Source: an uncultured Planctomycetota bacterium (GTDB lineage Bacteria > Planctomycetota > UBA1135 > GCA-002686595). Taken from it: a DNA stretch of 60,301 nt. The notes beneath the pieces are model-generated. The model had not been told where the DNA came from, made no database searches, and was given only the letters and a program-made list of their open reading frames with translations. The stretch spans positions 1-60,301 of the forward strand of contig CAITGX010000275.1 of the NCBI GenBank assembly GCA_903892045.1, read 5' to 3'. The translations under genes were made by a program, and so were the position numbers. Of the stretch, positions 26,712 through 36,150 are shown one piece after another. Position 1 is the first letter of the stretch. Each line of letters begins with the position of its first letter.

Positions 26712-27632
26712 ATGGCCTGGAACGAGGACTCCTTGCACCGCTGGCTGGCGCGCCGTCCGCGCTCGCGCGTGGCGGTCGACTTTGGCAACGATGCTTCGGT
26801 GCTCGCGAGCGCGCTGAGGCGACCCGTCGCGTGCGTGGATGCGGTCGTGGACGGCGTGCACTTCGAACACGGCACGCCGGCGCGGCTCGCGGGCGCGAAG
26901 GCCTGCGCACGCGCGCTGAGCGACCTCGCCGCGACCGGCGCAGAGCCACGCGCCGTGCTGCTCGCGCTGCGTGCACCGCGCTCGGAGCGCGAAGTGCGGC
27001 TGAGGGCGCTGATCGCCGCCGTGGATGAGACGGCGCGCGCTCACGGCGCCGCGCTCGTCGGCGGGGACACGACCTGCGCCGAGGGTCCGCTCGCGCTCAC
27101 GGTCACCGCACTCGGCGAGTTCGTCGCGCGCGGCAAGCCGCCCTCGCGTCGGCGTGCACGCGCCGGACAAGTCGTGGTGGCGACGGGCGCCTTCGGAGGC
27201 AGCCTGCTCGGGCGTCACCTGCGCATCGCGCCGCGCTTCGACGCGGCGCGCTGGCTGCTCGGCCTCGGCGCGACCGCGATGATGGATGTCTCCGACGGGC
27301 TCGCGCTCGACCTTTCGCGCATCGCGCGCGCCTCGTGCGTCGCGATCGACATCGGCGTCGTTCCGGTCCACCCCGACGCGCGCCGGCGCGCTCGCCAGAG
27401 CGGGCGTGCGGCCCTGCAGCACGCGCTCCACGACGGCGAGGATCACGAGCTCGTCGCGACCCTGCCCGCGAGCTCGGTCCTGCGCGCCCTGCGCGAGGCG
27501 CCCCGACGCTGCCCGGGTTTCACGATCCTCGGCAACGTGCGCCGCGGCAGCGGCCTGCGCGTCCCGCGCGACGAACGCAGCGAGGAGCTCGTGCCCTTTG
27601 CCGGCGAAGGCGGCTGGATCCACGGCACGTGA
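26712..27632 (+). CDS. thiL: Thiamine-monophosphate kinase
   Basis: AIR-synthase-related fold motifs: DAVVDGVHF, ALSDLAATGA, LVGGDTT, DVSDGLALDL. Confidence 0.85.
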   Translation: MAWNEDSLHRWLARRPRSRVAVDFGNDASVLASALRRPVACVDAVVDGVHFEHGTPARLAGAKACARALSDLAATGAEPRAVLLALRAPRSEREVRLRALIAAVDETARAHGAALVGGDTTCAEGPLALTVTALGEFVARGKPPSRRRARAGQVVVATGAFGGSLLGRHLRIAPRFDAARWLLGLGATAMMDVSDGLALDLSRIARASCVAIDIGVVPVHPDARRRARQSGRAALQHALHDGEDHELVATLPASSVLRALREAPRRCPGFTILGNVRRGSGLRVPRDERSEELVPFAGEGGWIHGT

Positions 27633-28120
27633 GCGAGACTCGGGAGTTCCAGAGCGCCTCGGCGCGCGAGACCGAAGCGCTGGGAGAGGCGCTCGGGCGG
27701 CTGCTCGGGCCCGGAGATGTCGTGGCCTTGGACGGCGAGCTCGGCGGCGGGAAGACCTGCTTCGTGCGCGGGCTCGCCCGGGGGCTGGGCGTGACGGTGC
27801 CGGTCTCGAGCCCGACCTTCCAGCTGATGCACACCTACGCGGGGCGCCTGCCGCTGTACCACCTCGACGCGTGGATGCGGGAGCGGGGCGAGGGCTTCCT
27901 CGCCGAGGGGGGCGCGGAGTGGCTGCGCGCAGAGGGCGTGGCGGCGGTCGAGTGGGCCGCCCACGTGCGGGACTGGCTCCCGACGCCGCGCTTCGAGGTC
28001 GAGCTGCGCCATGGGGGAGCGGATGGGGGAGAGGAACGTCGGACGGTGGTGATGCGCTGGACGGGCCCCACGGGCCGCTTGGCGGGCTTGGGCCCCACGG
28101 CGAGCCCGGAAAAGGCCTGA
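27629..28120 (+). CDS. tsaE: tRNA t6A37 biosynthesis ATPase TsaE
   Basis: 3' part of ORF 27335..28120. The GTG at 27629 overlaps the thiL stop (GTGA). P-loop GELGGGKT followed by SPTF and YH.D.YR-like (LYHLDAWM) motifs. Confidence 0.8.
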   Translation: MSETREFQSASARETEALGEALGRLLGPGDVVALDGELGGGKTCFVRGLARGLGVTVPVSSPTFQLMHTYAGRLPLYHLDAWMRERGEGFLAEGGAEWLRAEGVAAVEWAAHVRDWLPTPRFEVELRHGGADGGEERRTVVMRWTGPTGRLAGLGPTASPEKA

Positions 28121-28152
28121 ACCATGGCCCGGGCCCTGCGTTGGGGGAGTGC

Positions 28153-28737
28153 TTGAAAGGCTCCTGGGACGACGAGCGTGACCCGCTCGCGGCCCTCCGC
28201 GGAGGAAACCGGGGGCCGTTCGAGGAGTTCGTCCGCAGCGAAGCGGGCACGCTCCTGCGCTTCTTCCAGCGGCATGGCGCCTCGCTGGCGGAGGCGGAGG
28301 ACCTGGCCCAGGAAGTGTTCCTCAAGTTGTACCGTTCCGCCCCGACCTACAGCGCGCAGTCGCGCTTCTCGAGCTACGTGCTGCGCGTCGCGCGCAACGC
28401 GTGGATCGACCGGCGTCGGCGCCGGGCCGTGCGGCCCGAGGGGCCGTCGCTCGACGAGGCCGCAGCGGGGAGCGCGAGCCTGCTCGAAATCCTGCCCGCC
28501 ACGGGCCCGGAGGTCGGGCGCGGGGCCGAGGTGCGCGAGGAGCGCGAGCGCGTGCAAGCCGCGCTGGCGCACCTGCCGGAGTCCCATGCGGTGGTGGTCG
28601 AGCTCGCGCTGGTGCAGGGCCGTCCCTACGCGGAGATCTCCGAGCTGCTCGGCATCCCGGTGGGCACGGTGAAGTCGCGCGTATTCCACGCCCTGCGCAA
28701 GCTGCGCGAGCAGCTGGGAGAGGGGCCCCGCTCATGA
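28153..28737 (+). CDS. ECF-type RNA polymerase sigma factor
   Basis: 3' part of ORF 27286..28737. Region 2 (DLAQEVFLKLYR, YVLRVARNAWIDRRR) and region 4 HTH (YAEISELLGIPVGTVKSRVFHALRKLR). No in-frame ATG. TTG at 28153 (or 28141) is the best start candidate, so the 5' end is uncertain. Confidence 0.8.
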   Translation: MKGSWDDERDPLAALRGGNRGPFEEFVRSEAGTLLRFFQRHGASLAEAEDLAQEVFLKLYRSAPTYSAQSRFSSYVLRVARNAWIDRRRRRAVRPEGPSLDEAAAGSASLLEILPATGPEVGRGAEVREERERVQAALAHLPESHAVVVELALVQGRPYAEISELLGIPVGTVKSRVFHALRKLREQLGEGPRS

Positions 28738-29822
28738 GCGCGCAGCCTCACATGGACCATCGGAACTTCGACCATCAGCACTTCGATGAGGAGACGCTGC
28801 TGGAGGCGGCGCTGGATCCGAGCGCGACCGCGCTGCGGAGCGAGATCGAGCGCTGCGCCGCGTGCGCGGCTGCACTGCACAAGCTCGGCGGCTTCGCGAG
28901 CGATCTGCGCTCGCTGCTGCTCGAGGCGCCGGCGGCGGAGTCCAAGGCCGCGCGACGCATCGGGGAGGCCGTGCTGGCGCGCACCACGCGCGAGGACCTC
29001 GGTCGCGGTGGCGATCTCAGGCTGGTGCTGCGCTTTGCGGCCGAGCGCGTGCGTTCCTCGCGCGCGCTGCGCTTCGCGGCCGCCCTGCTCGTGGCGCACC
29101 TGCTCGCCCTGCCGGTGCTGGCGTGGATCGTGCTGCGCACTCCGCGGCGCACGGGCGAGTTCCAGACGCGCATCGAGACGCCCGTCGAGCCCTTCTTCGA
29201 AGGCGAGCGCGAGCGCGAGCCGGAGGTCGAGCCCAGCGTGGCGCTGCCCGAGGGCGAGCCCCGCGCGCTCGAGGTCGGTCCGGGCTCGGACGCAGCCGAC
29301 TGGCTCGCCGGTGCACGCCGCAGCGAGCTCGGCACCCTCGCGGCAACGGCGCCGACGCCGTGGAGCGAGTCCGCGCCCCAAGAGCCTCTGGCCCAGCTGC
29401 TGTGGCTGCGCGCCGCTCTCCTGCACGGCCGCGCGCTGCCCGAGTGGGTCCTCGCGCGCGGGCCCGAGGGCGCCCCGAGCCGCATGGCGATCTGGACCGA
29501 GGTGCTGCTCGACCAGTGGGCCAGCTCCGGTGCCCGCCCAGCCCACCTCGACGCGGCGCTCGAGCGACTCGCCGCCCTGCCGGACTTCCAGCGTTCGCGG
29601 CTGGTGACCTGCGCCCTGGCGCGAGCCACCGCGGCGGGAGCCCTCGAGGCCGCGGAGCTGGCGCGCTTCGTGCGCAGCAGCTCGGATGCACGGGAGATCG
29701 CCCGTCGAGCCGCCCGGGAGTCGCTCGCGGCGCTCCAGCGTGAAGCCCTCGGGGACCACCGCGATCCGGCGCTCGCGGAGCGCGAGGCGGCCCTCGACGC
29801 CTGGGGCGCGCCCCGGCGCTAG
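28734..29822 (+). CDS. Putative anti-sigma factor (single-pass membrane protein)
   Basis: The ATG at 28734 overlaps the sigma-factor stop (ATGA). N-terminal cytoplasmic segment with a CAAC motif. One hydrophobic helix (LRFAAALLVAHLLALPVLAWIVL). Function is assigned from position immediately after the ECF sigma gene. Confidence 0.6.
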   Translation: MSAQPHMDHRNFDHQHFDEETLLEAALDPSATALRSEIERCAACAAALHKLGGFASDLRSLLLEAPAAESKAARRIGEAVLARTTREDLGRGGDLRLVLRFAAERVRSSRALRFAAALLVAHLLALPVLAWIVLRTPRRTGEFQTRIETPVEPFFEGEREREPEVEPSVALPEGEPRALEVGPGSDAADWLAGARRSELGTLAATAPTPWSESAPQEPLAQLLWLRAALLHGRALPEWVLARGPEGAPSRMAIWTEVLLDQWASSGARPAHLDAALERLAALPDFQRSRLVTCALARATAAGALEAAELARFVRSSSDAREIARRAARESLAALQREALGDHRDPALAEREAALDAWGAPRR

Positions 29823-29936
29823 GGATCCCCGCAGGGGCTGAAACCCCGCCGGGCACCCGCTGTAGGAGGCCTTTTGGCGCGGCCCCGCGGGCCCGCCGTA
29901 GTCCCCGCGCACCGGACCCGTTACCCTCCTTCGCCC

Positions 29937-31418
29937 ATGTGGTCCGTTCTCCTCGTCTTGGCCCTTCCGCAGACCGCTCCGACCGCGCAGGCCTCCGTGG
30001 AGGAGGCGCCGGCATCCGTGCTCGACCTCACGCTGCTCGAGGCGGCGCGCATCGCCCTTGAGAACGACCTCGGGCTCAAGCTGGCCGAGAACACCGCGGA
30101 GGTCTCCCAGTACACCTACGAGGGCAGCTGGGGCAGCTTCGACCCGACCTGGCGCGCCAACGCCGGCTACTCGGACAACGAAAACCGCAACAACAACCCG
30201 TTCTTCGGCATCGACAGCATCAGCACCCAGACGCTCGAGGTGGGCACGGGGCTGAACCTGCCGCTCTTGACCGGCGGCGCCGTCGACCTGTCCTTCGAAC
30301 AGTCGAACACCGACTCGAACTTCGCGCTCTTCCAGCGCTCCGTCTCGCAGCGCGTCGCCTTCAGCTTCAACCAGCCGCTCCTGCGCGGCGGGGGCACGGC
30401 CTTCGCGACGAGCACCCAGCGCGAGAACGAGTACCGCCTGCGTCGCCAGATCGAGAGCGTGCGTCAGGCCCGTCAGGACCTCCTGCAGCGCGTGGCGCAG
30501 ACCTACTGGGACCTCGCCACCGCCATCGAGCAGGCCAAGGTCGCCGACGAGACGCTCGCGCTCGGTCGCGAGCAGTTGACCCAGAACCAGCGGCGGCTCG
30601 CCGCGGGCGTCGGTACGGAGGTCGAAGTCCTGCAGGCGGAGACCAACGTCGCGCAGCGTGTCGAGCAGAAGCTCGCCCGCGAAGTGACCGTGCGCGCGGC
30701 AGCGGACCGCCTGAAGGGCCTGATGTACCCCGGCACCGATGCGAGCCGCTGGGACCGCGAACTGCGCCCCGTGACGCTGCTTCCGGACACCGATCCGGAG
30801 AGCGTCCCCAGCTGGAACGCCGCCTTCGCCGTCGCGCTCGCCGAGCGCTCCGAGCTGCGCCAGCAGATGTTCCAGATCGACGAGAGCGAGGAGCAACTCC
30901 TGCGCGCAGGCTCGCTGCGGCGGTCGCAGCTCGATTTCTCGTTCCAGACCTCGAGTGCGGCCATCGAGCAGAACGAGGGCGACGCGCTCGACTCCTCGTT
31001 CGGCTGGGAGTACCCGACCTACGCGGCTGCACTCAACTTCAGCGCCCCGATCGGCAATCGCACCGCGCTCAACGCCGAGAAGTCCGCGCGCGCGGCCGTG
31101 CGTGCGGCGCGCCTCGCCTACGACCAGCTGGAGTCACAGATCGTCGAGGAAGTGCGCGCCGCCGTGCGCAACACGAACTACTCGATCGAGGCGGTGCGCG
31201 CCGCGGCCGCGAGCACGGAGCTCGCCCGCCGCCAGCTCGCCGCCGAGCAGGCGCGCTATCGTGAAGGACTTTCGACGAACTTCCAGGTGCTGGAATTCCA
31301 GCAGCAGCTCGCGGAGTCGCTCTACTCCCAGACGCTCGCGCGCGCGAACCTCGCCAAGGCGCTGATCGCGCTGCGCCGCTCGCAAGGCGTGCTCGATCCG
31401 GAGCGCTTCGGCCTCTAG
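29937..31418 (+). CDS. TolC-family outer membrane efflux protein
   Basis: ORF 29874..31418. The ATG at 29937 gives a signal peptide (MWSVLLVLALPQTAPTAQA). Two OEP repeats with typical LTLLEAARIALENDLGLK and ARYREGLSTNFQVLEFQQQL patterns. Confidence 0.85.
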   Translation: MWSVLLVLALPQTAPTAQASVEEAPASVLDLTLLEAARIALENDLGLKLAENTAEVSQYTYEGSWGSFDPTWRANAGYSDNENRNNNPFFGIDSISTQTLEVGTGLNLPLLTGGAVDLSFEQSNTDSNFALFQRSVSQRVAFSFNQPLLRGGGTAFATSTQRENEYRLRRQIESVRQARQDLLQRVAQTYWDLATAIEQAKVADETLALGREQLTQNQRRLAAGVGTEVEVLQAETNVAQRVEQKLAREVTVRAAADRLKGLMYPGTDASRWDRELRPVTLLPDTDPESVPSWNAAFAVALAERSELRQQMFQIDESEEQLLRAGSLRRSQLDFSFQTSSAAIEQNEGDALDSSFGWEYPTYAAALNFSAPIGNRTALNAEKSARAAVRAARLAYDQLESQIVEEVRAAVRNTNYSIEAVRAAAASTELARRQLAAEQARYREGLSTNFQVLEFQQQLAESLYSQTLARANLAKALIALRRSQGVLDPERFGL

Positions 31419-31446
31419 TCGTCGGGCGGACCTCAGCCTCGCGCCG

Positions 31447-33153
31447 ATGAGCTTCTTCTCGACTCGCCGCCCTCACCGCGCCTCGGCGCACCGGCAGTCT
31501 CCGACCCGATGGGCGCTCCCGATCGCGCTCGCGGCATCGCTGCTGTCGACGAGTTGCTCGGACGAGCGCGCGCCCGTCGAACAGATGTCCACCGCGAGTG
31601 CGCTGCCGCTCGCTCAGGACCCGCGCCTCGCGTACTTGCTCTCCCCGGGCACGCGACACGAGCACTACGACGTCGACGCGTCGAACACGCTGGGCATCCT
31701 CACGGAGACGCTGGAGCGCGGGCATCGCGATCCCCTGCGCCGTGCGCGCGAGGAGCTCGCCCGCCGCGGATCCGAGGGCATCGCCGTCGCCCGGCGCACG
31801 ATCGACGCGCACTTCGAGAGTCCCGACGGCGGTGCGCACCTGCGCAATGCGCTCGAGATCGTGCAGCGCAGCGACGAGCCGGCCGCACGCGAGCTGTGCC
31901 TGCGACTCTTGCGACACCGCGACGTCGGCCTCGCCGCACTCGCGGCCGCCGCGCTCGAGAAGCACGGCGAGCCGCAGGACTACGAGATCCTGATGGCGTG
32001 CTTCGACGCGGCCGATCCGGAGTTCAAGCTGCGCTTCCTGATGGCGGCAGCGAAGCTCGATCCCGTGCGCGCGCAGCGCCAGATCCTCGACTGGATCGAC
32101 CGCGGCGAGCTCGACGGCATCTGGGACGAGTGCGGCTCGTTGCTCGCGCTCGCGACCGCACCCGACGTCGTCGGTCGACTGAGCCCGCACTGGCCGGCGA
32201 TGCCGCCGCGCTTCAAGGGCCTGCTGGCCGCTCCCTGCGCGCGCGCCGGAGACGCGGAGGCGCTGGCGTTCCTGCGTGACGATGCGCAGAGCGCGGAGCA
32301 GTGGCGCGCGGAATCCGCGGTCACCGCCCTGCAGCTCGCGGAGCTGTACGGCGAGCTCGACGAAGTCGCGCGACGCGGCAAGGTGCCGAGCGCGCGCCTG
32401 CGAGCGCTGAACGCGCTCGCCGCGCCCGGCGTCGCCGCGCGCTTCTCCGAGGCCTTCCGCTCGAACCTCAACGCGACGGACGACGGGCTCGCGAACGCTG
32501 CGCTCGCGGTGCTCGTGCGCCTGCGCGACCCGAGCGCGATCTCGCGCGCTCTCGCGCTGGTCTCCGGTCAGGACAACGAGGGCCTGCGCACCGCGATGTC
32601 GGCGCTGCGCGAGCCGATGCGCGAGGATCCGGAGCTGGCGCGGCGCGTCCTCGCGGCGCTCGAGGAGCGGCGCGCCCCGGAAAGCGGCATGGGCATCGCG
32701 GAGCAGATGCGCACGCTGCAGGCGATCGGCCAAGTTCCGCTCGAGGAAGCCGCTCGCAAGCTCGTCGAACGCGCCCGCACGGCGACGGGCGAGGTCTCGG
32801 GCATGTCGGCCCGACGCTGGCTCTTCCAGCAGGCCTCGAACGCGGGCCCGGCCGGACAGCTCGTGCTGGCCGCGGAGCTCGAGCGAGCCGACGACGGGCT
32901 CGAGCGCCTCGACTTGATCGAGGCCATCTCGGCGTGGGGCGGTCCCGTGGGTCTCGACGTGCTCGCGCGCTTCGTCGAGAGCGAGCGCGCTCGACCGTAC
33001 GAGATCCTGCTCGCTGCGGAGCGACTGGTGCGCCTCGGAACGGTGGAGCAGGTGGCGCCGCTGCTCAAGCGCGTCACGCTGCGTGTCACGCAGCCGGACG
33101 TGCGCGTCGCGCTGCAGGCGCTCCTGTGGCTGAACTATCCGGGTCCGCGCTGA
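31447..33153 (+). CDS. Secreted or lipoprotein-type alpha-helical (HEAT/ARM-like) repeat protein
   Basis: Signal peptide with a possible lipobox (LLSTSC). Leu/Ala/Arg-rich helical repeats throughout. No catalytic motif. Confidence 0.55.
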   Translation: MSFFSTRRPHRASAHRQSPTRWALPIALAASLLSTSCSDERAPVEQMSTASALPLAQDPRLAYLLSPGTRHEHYDVDASNTLGILTETLERGHRDPLRRAREELARRGSEGIAVARRTIDAHFESPDGGAHLRNALEIVQRSDEPAARELCLRLLRHRDVGLAALAAAALEKHGEPQDYEILMACFDAADPEFKLRFLMAAAKLDPVRAQRQILDWIDRGELDGIWDECGSLLALATAPDVVGRLSPHWPAMPPRFKGLLAAPCARAGDAEALAFLRDDAQSAEQWRAESAVTALQLAELYGELDEVARRGKVPSARLRALNALAAPGVAARFSEAFRSNLNATDDGLANAALAVLVRLRDPSAISRALALVSGQDNEGLRTAMSALREPMREDPELARRVLAALEERRAPESGMGIAEQMRTLQAIGQVPLEEAARKLVERARTATGEVSGMSARRWLFQQASNAGPAGQLVLAAELERADDGLERLDLIEAISAWGGPVGLDVLARFVESERARPYEILLAAERLVRLGTVEQVAPLLKRVTLRVTQPDVRVALQALLWLNYPGPR

Positions 33154-33175
33154 CGCGCGCGGTCGGAGGTCACGC

Positions 33176-33694
33176 TCAGCGCTCGACCAGATCCCGCCAC
33201 TGCGGGTCGCCGTTGAGCTGCGGAGGAGCGTCCGGTCCGCTCCAGCGGCCTTCGGCGTTGGGGTGAGCGACGAGGTCCTGCGCGGGCGTCCACGCGTAGG
33301 CCGAGGTGCCGGTCTTGCGCCACTCCCACGGCCACGCGCGCACGTAGGTCCCGTCGGCTGCGTTGCCGACCTCGAAGAGGTAGCCGTGCCGACGCAGCCG
33401 CATGCCGCCGTCGAGGAACTCCACGTCGTCGAGCTGGCGCTTCGCCGTCGGGTCGGACGCGAGCAGGGACTCGATGCTCGGCTTCTCCGCGGCCTGCACC
33501 TCGCGCGTCGCGAGGCCGGCGAGACGCTTCACGAGCGCACGCGCATCCTCCTCGTTCTCGCGCAGCGCGAACTCGCGCAGCCGCGGGAGCGAGACGAGCA
33601 GGACCACGATGCCGATCGCGACGAGCATGGCCGCGCTGGAGAGCCGCAGGCCGCCGCGGCGAGGAGAGGACACGGTGAGGTTCGAGGTGCGCAC
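33176..33694 (-). CDS. Hypothetical membrane-anchored protein
   Basis: Single N-terminal hydrophobic helix (AAMLVAIGIVVLLVSL). Trp-rich C-terminal domain. Coding-like GC3. No family recognised. Confidence 0.5.
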   Translation of the reverse strand: MRTSNLTVSSPRRGGLRLSSAAMLVAIGIVVLLVSLPRLREFALRENEEDARALVKRLAGLATREVQAAEKPSIESLLASDPTAKRQLDDVEFLDGGMRLRRHGYLFEVGNAADGTYVRAWPWEWRKTGTSAYAWTPAQDLVAHPNAEGRWSGPDAPPQLNGDPQWRDLVER

Positions 33695-33732
33695 GGGAGG
33701 ATCGTGCCGAAGCGAATGCTAGGCTTCAAGTC

Positions 33733-35004
33733 ATGCGCGCCCCTTCGCTGGAGCGGATGCCCGAGCCTCTGCGGCAGGCCATGCTCGCCGTCGCGCGCTC
33801 CCTGTGCGAGCACGGGGCGCAGGCTTGGCTCGTCGGCGGCGCCGTGCGCGACCTCGCCCTCGGTCGCGAGCCCAAGGACGTCGACCTCGCGACGGACGCG
33901 CTGCCCGAGCGGGTCGAGCAAGTCTTCCCGCACGCCAAGGGGGTCGGGCGCGCCTTCGGGACCATGCTCGTGGTGCACGACGGCGTCCCGGTGCAAGTCA
34001 CGACCTTCCGTTCCGAGCGCGGCTACAGCGATTCCCGGCGGCCCGACCACGTCCAGTTCGGTGCCAGCGCCGCCGAGGACGCCGCGCGGCGCGACTTCAC
34101 CTGCAACGCCCTGTTCCTCGACCCGCTGTCGGGCGAGCTCTTCGACCCCACGGGCGGCCTCGCGGACCTCGAGCATGGAGTCCTGAGGTGCGTGGGGGAC
34201 CCGGTCGAGCGCTTCCGGGAGGACGGCCTGCGACTCCTGCGCCTCGCGCGCTTCTCCGCCGGGCTCGAGCTCACGCCGGCCCCCGAGACCCTGTCCGGCG
34301 CCCGCCAGAGCGTGGCCTCGATCGTGGGCGTGAGCGGCGAGCGGATCCTCGCCGAGCTCGCGACCATCTTCGCGCGCCCGCGGGCCGCCCACGCTCTGGC
34401 CCTGCTGCACGACCTCGGAGTGATCGAGCGCGCCCTGCCCGGCCTCGCCGCGAGCGAGATGGAGCGGCGCATCGCCATCGCCGCCCGCATCGAAGATCCG
34501 CTCGGGGAGCTCGAGGGACTGTGCGTGCTGTTCTCGCACGAGCTGCTCGACCCGAGGCGAGCGGGGAGTCGCGACGAGCTCGAGCGTCGCCTCGGCTTGC
34601 TGCGGCCGTCGCGCGAGCTGCGCCATGGCGTGCAGGAGGCCTGCGAGCTGCTGCTCGAGTTCGAGCGCTGGGCGCAGGCGCCGCCGCGCCGCTCCGAGCT
34701 CGTGCGTGCCGCGCGTCGCGCGAGCTGGCCCGCCGCTCTGCGCCTCGGCCTCGCCGCCTGTGCGCAAGCTGGGCGATCGACCGCGGCACTCACGACGGCG
34801 CGCTCCCAGCTGACGTCCATCGCCCCGTCCGAGCTGCGGCCGACGCCGCTCCTCGCGGGTCCCGACCTCGCCGCCGCGGGCATCCCGCGCGGCCCGCGCT
34901 GGGGCGAACTGCTGTTCGCCGCCGAGACCGCCCAGCTCGACGGCGAGCTCGGCACGCGCGAGGACGCGCTGCACTGGTTGCGCCGGCGCTCCGAGAACAG
35001 CTAG
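33733..35004 (+). CDS. cca: CCA-adding enzyme / poly(A) polymerase family tRNA nucleotidyltransferase
   Basis: Head-domain motifs LVGGAVRD and DVDLAT. RRDFTCNAL. ERFREDGLRLLR. The start could also be the internal Met at 33757. Confidence 0.85.
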   Translation: MRAPSLERMPEPLRQAMLAVARSLCEHGAQAWLVGGAVRDLALGREPKDVDLATDALPERVEQVFPHAKGVGRAFGTMLVVHDGVPVQVTTFRSERGYSDSRRPDHVQFGASAAEDAARRDFTCNALFLDPLSGELFDPTGGLADLEHGVLRCVGDPVERFREDGLRLLRLARFSAGLELTPAPETLSGARQSVASIVGVSGERILAELATIFARPRAAHALALLHDLGVIERALPGLAASEMERRIAIAARIEDPLGELEGLCVLFSHELLDPRRAGSRDELERRLGLLRPSRELRHGVQEACELLLEFERWAQAPPRRSELVRAARRASWPAALRLGLAACAQAGRSTAALTTARSQLTSIAPSELRPTPLLAGPDLAAAGIPRGPRWGELLFAAETAQLDGELGTREDALHWLRRRSENS

Positions 35005-35175
35005 CAGACCGTTGAAGGAGTCGCCTGCGCATGGCGCGGCGATCCTCTTCGAGGCGGAACGCGACGCTGGAACGGCGGACACGGCCTGCGCATCTGCGGA
35101 GCACGGCCCGAAGAGCGTGAAGGAGCCACGGCGCAGAGCGCGCAGCAGCCGAGTGCTGGTTCGACGGGCTGCCCG

Positions 35176-36150
35176 CTAGGTCGGCGGGAACAGCTTCCTC
35201 AACGCGACCGCGAGCGGAAAGCCGCACAGGCTCACGGCCGCCACCGTGAAACCCACTCGGCCGGTCACGAGCAGCTGCACGCCGTCGACGTCGACCGGGC
35301 GCTGCGGAATCGAGCCCAAGGCCGCGAGTGCGCTGAAGACGAGCAGGCGCCGCAGGCCAAGTCCAGTGGCGCGCCCCGCGTCAGCGCGTGTCAGCGCTCC
35401 CCTTCGCAGCGCCTCGCGCACGAGCGCGAGGACAGCGAGCGAGGCGAGTCCTAGAGGCAGCACTTGGGGCGCGACGACTCCCTCGGTGGCGTGCAGGCAG
35501 GGCAGGGCGAGCAGCACCGCGCTCGCCGACAGGAGGCCGATGCGCGGCGTCGAACCCACCGCAGCATCGCTCTCCGCGTCCTCGAGTCGTGCGACGGCCG
35601 ACACGCTCGCCACGTACGCGAAGTACAGACCCGCGAAGAGGGGAGCGAAGTCGGGTCGCAGCTCCGCGTATCCGAGTCCGAGCTCGCGCGCGACGAATAC
35701 GCCGAAGCCCAGGTTGGCGGCGCGACAGGCGCCGAGCAGGAACGGGCCGCGCAGGGGGCCGCGACCGACGAAGTCGTAGGCCACGACCAGCGCCGCGAGC
35801 CCCGCCATCCACAGCGCGGCGCGCGGCGTGACCAGCGCGGCCAGCGCCACGGCCGCGCAGATCAGGAGCAGCCCGACGACGAGCGCGGTGCGAGCCGAGA
35901 TCGAGCCCGACGGGATGGGCCGGTCCGGCCGCGCGACGCGATCCTCGTCGCGATCGGCCCAGTCGTTGAGCACCATTCCGCCGTGGTACACGCAGGCCGA
36001 GGCCGCGAGCGCGAGCGACGCCTCGCGCGCCTGCGGAAACGCGCCCGCACCGCCGAGCACGAGTCCCGCGGCGACATCCGCGAGTGCGGACGGCGCGAGA
36101 GAGAGCCGCGCGAGCCGTCCCCAGGCGAGGAAGCGCGCTCCCGCGCTCAC
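35176..36150 (-). CDS. UbiA-family aromatic/polyprenyl prenyltransferase (integral membrane)
   Basis: 3' part of ORF 35176..36360. The GTG at 36150 overlaps the rseP stop (GTGA). Asp-rich motif NDWADRDEDR and multiple transmembrane helices. Confidence 0.7.
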   Translation of the reverse strand: MSAGARFLAWGRLARLSLAPSALADVAAGLVLGGAGAFPQAREASLALAASACVYHGGMVLNDWADRDEDRVARPDRPIPSGSISARTALVVGLLLICAAVALAALVTPRAALWMAGLAALVVAYDFVGRGPLRGPFLLGACRAANLGFGVFVARELGLGYAELRPDFAPLFAGLYFAYVASVSAVARLEDAESDAAVGSTPRIGLLSASAVLLALPCLHATEGVVAPQVLPLGLASLAVLALVREALRRGALTRADAGRATGLGLRRLLVFSALAALGSIPQRPVDVDGVQLLVTGRVGFTVAAVSLCGFPLAVALRKLFPPT

